From positions 51 through 64,050 of the forward strand of contig DATHDP010000020.1 in assembly GCA_035318985.1 (NCBI GenBank): a stretch of DNA of 64,000 bases. Direction: 5' to 3'. This stretch comes from Chitinophagaceae bacterium. Lineage in GTDB: Bacteria; Bacteroidota; Bacteroidia; Chitinophagales; Chitinophagaceae. The translations under genes were made by a program, and so were the position numbers. Below the pieces are notes generated by a model. It was given only the letters and a program-made list of their open reading frames with translations, did not search any database and had not been told where the DNA came from. Position 1 is the stretch's first letter, and each line of letters opens with the position of its first letter. This document shows positions 59,250-64,000 of this stretch, piece after piece.

Positions 59250-61895
59250 ATGAAAACTACCTGTTGGAAGGAGGGTCATATTTATATAGCGAGGTTTTCG
59301 ATCGTTTTACTTAGTGTACTTATTACGCACTATTCTTTTGCGCAGGCAAATGATAATAAAAAGCTTTCCCCGACTTTATCAAATGAAATAAAGAATGCGA
59401 AAGCAACAGGGCGGCTTTTGCTGGAGATCACAATAACAAATGAAAAGATCCCCTCCGAAATTTGGAGACCTGCTTTTCAAGCTAAAAAAGTATTTGAATC
59501 TTCATCCTTTTCGGTTTTTAAATTAGTTGCGACTGCTGAAGAAATAAATACAATTTTGTTACCGCTACCTGGAATAATTTTTATTGAGAAAGGAAATAGG
59601 ATACCAAAAGAGGAATTGCTGATCAGTAATCTTGATCTATCAGTAAATAGAATAAATCTTGCACGTCGGAATTTTCCATCAGTAAATGGCGATGGAATAA
59701 CGGTATCTGTAAAAGAAAATAAGCCGGATACTACAGATATTGATTTCAAAGGAAGATTTCTTTCGACGAATCTTTCATCAACTACTATTAGCTCCCATGC
59801 TTCTATTATGTCAACAATGATCGCAGGTGGCGCCAATAGCTGGCATTTGGGAAAAGGAGTTGCGTGGGGAAGTACTATTAGTTCTTCAAGCTTTGATGTT
59901 TTATTGCCAGATGCAAACAATGTTTATCAGCAATACAATATTTCCGTTCAAAATCATTCTTATGGTGTTGGTGTTGAAAATTATTACGGTGCAGATGCAG
60001 CTGCTTATGATGCAAGTGCTATCAGTAACGGGTCTTTGCTACATATTTTTTCTTCAGGTAATTCAGGAACCTCTTCTGCAAGTACGGGAGTTTATACAGG
60101 ACTAAATGGTTTTGCAAATCTTACGGGTAGTTTTAAAATGGCTAAGAATATTTTAACTGTTGGGGCAACAGATTCTTTTTCTGTTGTTGCTGCATTAAGC
60201 TCAAAAGGTCCAGCCCATGATGGTAGAATAAAACCGGAATTAGTTGCTTTTGGTGAAGATGGAAGCTCGGGAGCGGCTGCGTTGGTTTCAGGTACCGCCT
60301 TACTTCTTCAACAGTTATATAAGCAAATAACAGGAGTGTTACCACCAAATTCAATGATAAAGGCAATTCTTATTAACAGTGCTGATGATGTTGGCAATGC
60401 TGAAGTTGACTATAAAAATGGATTTGGAAGCTTGAATACAAATAATGCTTTGAAAACTTTGCAGACAAATAGATTTTTTGTTGGCAGTGTTACCAATTTA
60501 TCAAGTCAAGCTTTTATTATTGCTGTACCGGAAGGAATAAAAAAACTAAAAGCAACACTGGTTTGGAGTGACCCTCCTGCTAGTCCGAATGCGACAAAAG
60601 CTTTGATAAATGATCTTGATCTTGAGCTGAAAGAAATTTCATCTGGTCAAACATGGCAACCATGGGTCTTAAATTCTTTTCCTCATGTTGATTCGTTATT
60701 ACAAATAGCAAAAAGGAAAAGAGATAGTTTGAATAATGTTGAACAAATAACTATTGATAATCCTGCTGCAGGAAATTACCAGCTTAAGGTAGCAGGATCT
60801 AATATTAGTACTGCTTCACAAAATTTTCATATTGCCTGGCAGTTAGATTCCGCTGATAAATTTGAATGGCAATTTCCAACGGCTAATGATTTTATTTTTC
60901 CATCAATAACCAATACGATCAGGTGGCAATCATCGTTTGCAGCTTCAAATGGAAATCTGGAATATAGCACAGGAGGAAATATATGGCAACCGGTACAAGT
61001 TGCTGTGGATTTAAATAATGGTCATTATAATTGGAGTGTTCCCAATATAACAAACATTGGTCTGCTTCGCATGACCATTGGCTCAAATGTTTTTGTCAGC
61101 GATACGTTTACGATAGCAAACAGAACCAACACAGGTGTAGGATTCAATTGCCCGGATTCTTTTTTATTTTATTGGAATAAATTACCTGGTATTACAAATT
61201 ACAGGGTTTATAAACTTGGAACTAAATACCTGGAACCAATAGCTGTAACCCCAGATAGTTTTATGCTGCTTGCAAAAACCACAAATCCTTCATTGCATTA
61301 TGCAGTTGCACCGATCATAGAAAATAAAGAAGGAGTGAAGAGCTATACATTTAATTATACAGTACAGGGTGTTGAATGTTATTTTCGTTCTTTTCTTGCT
61401 TTGCTGGTTGGTAATTCTGCGCAACTTACTATTTCGCTTGGTACTTTTTATAATATCAATAAGATCGTTTTGGAAAAATTTAATGGAACTGAGTATGTAG
61501 CTATTCAGCAAATTGTTAATCCATCTTCTTTATTGTATAATCTTATTGATGCATCATTAAAGAAAGGTTCAAATATTTATAGGGTCAAGCTTGAATTGGC
61601 AGGTGGCAAAGTGATTTATTCTTCCCTTGAAACAGTTTATTATTTTAATGGCACTGAATTCATAGTTTATCCAAATCCTGCATCTCAATATGAACCGATC
61701 ACTATACTTTCTGATAACATGTTTGAACCGGCAACATTACAGGTGATCAATATGCAGGGACAAAAGATCTATGAAATGAAATTAGATAATGTCAGTAGCC
61801 AATTGCCGCCCGGAAGATTAAGTAAAGGATTGAATCTTTTATTGATAATCAGAAAAGATCAAAAGGATGTTGTGTTGAAATTATTTGTACAATAG
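59250..61895 (+). CDS. S8-family (subtilisin-like) serine peptidase with T9SS C-terminal sorting domain
   Basis: The His block is SSHASIMSTMIAGG. The Asn region is HIFSSGNSG and the Ser block is GSSGAAALVSGTALLL. The C-terminal part is YPNPAS...LQVINMQGQKIY... Confidence 0.82.
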   Translation: MKTTCWKEGHIYIARFSIVLLSVLITHYSFAQANDNKKLSPTLSNEIKNAKATGRLLLEITITNEKIPSEIWRPAFQAKKVFESSSFSVFKLVATAEEINTILLPLPGIIFIEKGNRIPKEELLISNLDLSVNRINLARRNFPSVNGDGITVSVKENKPDTTDIDFKGRFLSTNLSSTTISSHASIMSTMIAGGANSWHLGKGVAWGSTISSSSFDVLLPDANNVYQQYNISVQNHSYGVGVENYYGADAAAYDASAISNGSLLHIFSSGNSGTSSASTGVYTGLNGFANLTGSFKMAKNILTVGATDSFSVVAALSSKGPAHDGRIKPELVAFGEDGSSGAAALVSGTALLLQQLYKQITGVLPPNSMIKAILINSADDVGNAEVDYKNGFGSLNTNNALKTLQTNRFFVGSVTNLSSQAFIIAVPEGIKKLKATLVWSDPPASPNATKALINDLDLELKEISSGQTWQPWVLNSFPHVDSLLQIAKRKRDSLNNVEQITIDNPAAGNYQLKVAGSNISTASQNFHIAWQLDSADKFEWQFPTANDFIFPSITNTIRWQSSFAASNGNLEYSTGGNIWQPVQVAVDLNNGHYNWSVPNITNIGLLRMTIGSNVFVSDTFTIANRTNTGVGFNCPDSFLFYWNKLPGITNYRVYKLGTKYLEPIAVTPDSFMLLAKTTNPSLHYAVAPIIENKEGVKSYTFNYTVQGVECYFRSFLALLVGNSAQLTISLGTFYNINKIVLEKFNGTEYVAIQQIVNPSSLLYNLIDASLKKGSNIYRVKLELAGGKVIYSSLETVYYFNGTEFIVYPNPASQYEPITILSDNMFEPATLQVINMQGQKIYEMKLDNVSSQLPPGRLSKGLNLLLIIRKDQKDVVLKLFVQ

Positions 61896-63122
61896 TTATT
61901 TTGCTTCTGCTGTACTTAATTTTTTTGCAATTGTTCTTCCGGGATATTCTTCCAATGCTTTTTCCAAACAATCCATTGCAGCATTAAGCGCATCAAGATT
62001 TAATACATAAGCGAGCCTCACTTCATTTTTTCCCAGACCCTCAGTTCCATAAAATCCTGTTGCAGGTGCAAGCATTACTGTTTGATCTTTATAAGAAAAA
62101 CTTTCCAGTAGCCATTGACAAAATTTATCTGAATCATCAATAGGCAGTTTTGCAATAGCATAAAATGCACCGCCGGGATTTGGGCAAAACACACCTGGCA
62201 TTTTATTTAACCTGTTAACCATTAAGTTTCTTCTTGATAAATATTCAGCTTTGGGTGCATCGAAATAAGAATCGGGAAGATCAACAGCAGCTTCACCCAT
62301 TATTTGTGCAAGGCCGGGAGGTGAAAGTCTTGCCTGAGCAAATTTCATAGCAGCGTTATATACTTCCTTATTTTTTGTAACAAACGCTCCTAGTCTTGCG
62401 CCACATGCACTATATCTTTTTGAAATGGTGTCCATCAGCACCACGTGCTGGTCCAATCCTGAAAGATGCATGGCACTTACATATTCGCCATCATAGCAAA
62501 ACTCACGATAAGCTTCATCGCTGAATAAATACAGATCATATTTGATGCATATTTTTTTCAATGCCTCCATTTCAGAACGACTATATAGATAACCTGTCGG
62601 ATTATTTGGACTACAAATAATGATCGCTTTAGTTTTTGGAGTAATCATTTTTTCAAAATCTTCGATAGGAGGCAGGGCAAAGCCGGTTTCAATAGTAGAT
62701 GTGATCGGAACAACGTTTACACCTGCTGCACAAGCAAAGCCATTATAGTTTGCATAAAACGGCTCAGGGATAATTACTTCATCACCTGCATTCAGACAAC
62801 AAAAAAAACCAAACATGATAGCTTCACTGCCGCCTGTGGTAATGATGATCTGTTCGTGAGTAACATCAATGCCAACCTTTTTATAATACTGCACAAGCTT
62901 TCTGCGGTAGCTTTCATTACCGGCGCTGTGACTATATTCAAGCACTTTGATATCTGCATTGCGAACAGCGTCAAGTATTGCGGGCGGTGTCTCTATATCT
63001 GGCTGGCCGATATTAAGATGATAAACTTTAATTCCTTTTTTCTTTGCAGTCTCTGCATAAGGCACCAGTTTTCGAATTGGCGAAGCGGGCATATTCTGAC
63101 CGCGGGTTGAAATATTTAACAT
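61896..63122 (-). CDS. Class I/II pyridoxal-phosphate-dependent aminotransferase (aspartate/aromatic type)
   Basis: The N-terminus has SPIRKL. NPTG is present, and the PLP-lysine block is SKRYSACGARLG. Its stop abuts the stop of the convergent S8 gene. Confidence 0.88.
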   Translation of the reverse strand: MLNISTRGQNMPASPIRKLVPYAETAKKKGIKVYHLNIGQPDIETPPAILDAVRNADIKVLEYSHSAGNESYRRKLVQYYKKVGIDVTHEQIIITTGGSEAIMFGFFCCLNAGDEVIIPEPFYANYNGFACAAGVNVVPITSTIETGFALPPIEDFEKMITPKTKAIIICSPNNPTGYLYSRSEMEALKKICIKYDLYLFSDEAYREFCYDGEYVSAMHLSGLDQHVVLMDTISKRYSACGARLGAFVTKNKEVYNAAMKFAQARLSPPGLAQIMGEAAVDLPDSYFDAPKAEYLSRRNLMVNRLNKMPGVFCPNPGGAFYAIAKLPIDDSDKFCQWLLESFSYKDQTVMLAPATGFYGTEGLGKNEVRLAYVLNLDALNAAMDCLEKALEEYPGRTIAKKLSTAEAK

Positions 63123-63166
63123 GCCTCAAAGGTAATTATCATTAGTTAAGTAAACTTCCGGTAATA

Positions 63167-63191
63167 AAAAATCCCCATCCAAAGACGGGGA
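63167..63191 (-). terminator. Hairpin plus T-run (minus strand) after the DUF1573 gene
   Basis: The minus strand reads CCCCGTC-TTTG-GATGGGG (a 7-bp stem with one mismatch), followed by ATTTTTTATT. Confidence 0.5.
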
Positions 63192-63215
63192 CTTAAATAT
63201 TAAAACAAGCCTTTA

Positions 63216-63716
63216 TTATTTGCCTGATTTGTTTTTTCCTTTAGATTTTGATTTAGTAGTTTTCTCTTTTTCAGCTGCTGCTTTTGCTGCTTCTGCTTTT
63301 GTTGCTTCTTCTTTAGCCCATGTATCAAACGCCTCTGCCGGTAATACTTCACCCGTAATGCCAAGAGACTTTTCTTCATCAACGCCTGCAAATTTTACAA
63401 AAACAGTCTTATCAAACTGACCACCATTAGCGGCATTGTATTGTACTTTGATCTTTGCTGTTTTGCCAGGTAAGATCGGATCCTTTTGATATTCAGGAAC
63501 AGTGCAACCACATGTGGCATGCGCATTTTCTATCACCAATGGTTTGTCAGATGTATTGGTGATCTCAAATGAATAAACAGCAGGAACGCTTTGTTTTACT
63601 TTTCCAAAATCATACTTGTTAGTATTGAATTTGGCAACATCATCCGGTTTTGTTGTTTGTGCCATTGCCCCGGCAGTTACTATGAATGCAGCGGCGATAA
63701 AAAATAATTTCTTCAT
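63216..63716 (-). CDS. DUF1573-domain secreted protein with K/A/E-rich C-terminal tail
   Basis: It has a signal peptide and the DUF1573 core FEITNTSDKPLVIENAHATCGCTVPEY...PGKTAKIKVQYN. The tail reads AKEEATKAEAAKAAAEKEKTTKSKSKGKNKSGK. Confidence 0.82.
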   Translation of the reverse strand: MKKLFFIAAAFIVTAGAMAQTTKPDDVAKFNTNKYDFGKVKQSVPAVYSFEITNTSDKPLVIENAHATCGCTVPEYQKDPILPGKTAKIKVQYNAANGGQFDKTVFVKFAGVDEEKSLGITGEVLPAEAFDTWAKEEATKAEAAKAAAEKEKTTKSKSKGKNKSGK

Positions 63717-63720
63717 GATC

Positions 63721-64000
63721 TTAATTGTTTTTTTGTTTTAATAAGCTGATTGATGAGTTTTCTGGTGCTGAACCTGCTGGAGATTTCCATACGGTTCCCA
63801 TTATCTTGATCTGTTTTGACAGATTTTGGTTGTACATTATCGTAATAAACTTTTCAAAATGACCTTCACCGGCCGCATTATATCCTACTCTTACTTTTGC
63901 AGTACCACCGGGAGTGATCGGATCTTTACTCCATTCCGGAGTTGTACATCCGCAGCTTGTTTGAACATTTGAAATTACCATCGGATCTTTTCCAGTATTG
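63721..64000 (-). CDS. DUF1573-domain protein (3' part; gene continues past the window end)
   Basis: The core SCGCTTPEWSKDPITPGGTAKVRVGYN is present. The frame stays open to base 64000, and the listed internal Met is not the real start. Confidence 0.8.
   Translation of the reverse strand, partial: NTGKDPMVISNVQTSCGCTTPEWSKDPITPGGTAKVRVGYNAAGEGHFEKFITIMYNQNLSKQIKIMGTVWKSPAGSAPENSSISLLKQKNN

Noticed and set aside
63200-63391. A 63-aa minus-strand ORF rich in K/Q (KKQQKQKQQKQQLKKRK).
   Set aside because: It is an alternative frame of the low-complexity K/A/E tail of the DUF1573 gene. It is nested inside a gene with clear family motifs.
1-64000. A search for tRNA, rRNA, tmRNA, RNase P or SRP RNA, CRISPR arrays, integrases, transposases, restriction-modification genes or known defence genes.
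   Set aside because: I saw no T-loop-like GGTTCGAATCC-type sequences and no long conserved structured RNA signatures. I recognised no recombinase or defence-type motifs in any ORF of 60 aa or more. The window looks like core chromosome with small-scale rearrangements, not a mobile or defence island. This is a by-eye scan, and an Infernal/tRNAscan run could still overturn it.

Overview
This window is a chromosomal segment of an AT-rich Bacteroidota genome. The gene content looks Chitinophagaceae/Sphingobacteriia-like: T9SS C-terminal sorting domains, DUF1573, OmpH, and TAT-lipoprotein signals. It holds about 55 protein genes. I found no rRNA, tRNA, CRISPR array, integrase or transposase.

Gene order:
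- 1-7.2 kb: the 3' part of rpoC, an OmpH-like chaperone, an APC permease, split RfaE heptose genes and a membrane protein.
- 7.2-24.7 kb: a block that reads as glycopeptide / N-glycan salvage. It has isoaspartyl peptidase, a NagB-LmbE fusion, a GH20 hexosaminidase, two tandem S15 peptidases, glycosylasparaginase and CutC. A small redox cluster (SnoaL-like, two pirins, FMN reductase) interrupts it.
- 24.7-26.6 kb: a TlpA-like thioredoxin gene.
- 26.7-43.2 kb: the most unusual region, a divergent two-operon locus. It encodes four paralogous FAD/GMC dehydrogenases that lack signal peptides but carry a Cys-rich motif. It also has two TAT-lipoprotein 'subunit 3' partners, three xylose-isomerase-like TIM barrels (two exported, one cytoplasmic), two MFS transporters, a Gfo/Idh/MocA oxidoreductase, a mono-haem cytochrome c lipoprotein and a DUF1080 lipoprotein. 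I read it as a respiratory-chain-linked periplasmic plus cytoplasmic oxidative (keto-glycoside) glycoside-cleavage system of unknown substrate.
- 43.3-64 kb: housekeeping genes (pyk, pfkA, cmk, an aminotransferase, an rRNA methyltransferase, an Exo-GIY-YIG fusion). Secreted proteases and T9SS cargo (S9A, M57, S8, and two paralogous T9SS proteins with a decayed third copy) are mixed in.

Structure not explained by the genes:
- Two ORF-in-a-stem mini-elements sit exactly in operon junctions. One is a GxxExxY protein between 21-bp perfect inverted repeats. The other is a four-helix-bundle protein between 13-bp inverted repeats.
- There are solo AT-rich palindromes.
- A family of GC-rich CTAAGTC...GACAGG hairpin modules abuts stop codons. 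One pair forms a 160-bp MITE-like unit.
- An identical 17-nt palindromic box lies upstream of the pfkA-pyk operon and of the oxidoreductase operon.
- Two gene 3'-end relics (iaaA and cutC) bracket opposite-strand cargo genes.

All functional calls rest on motifs read by eye. No database search was run.
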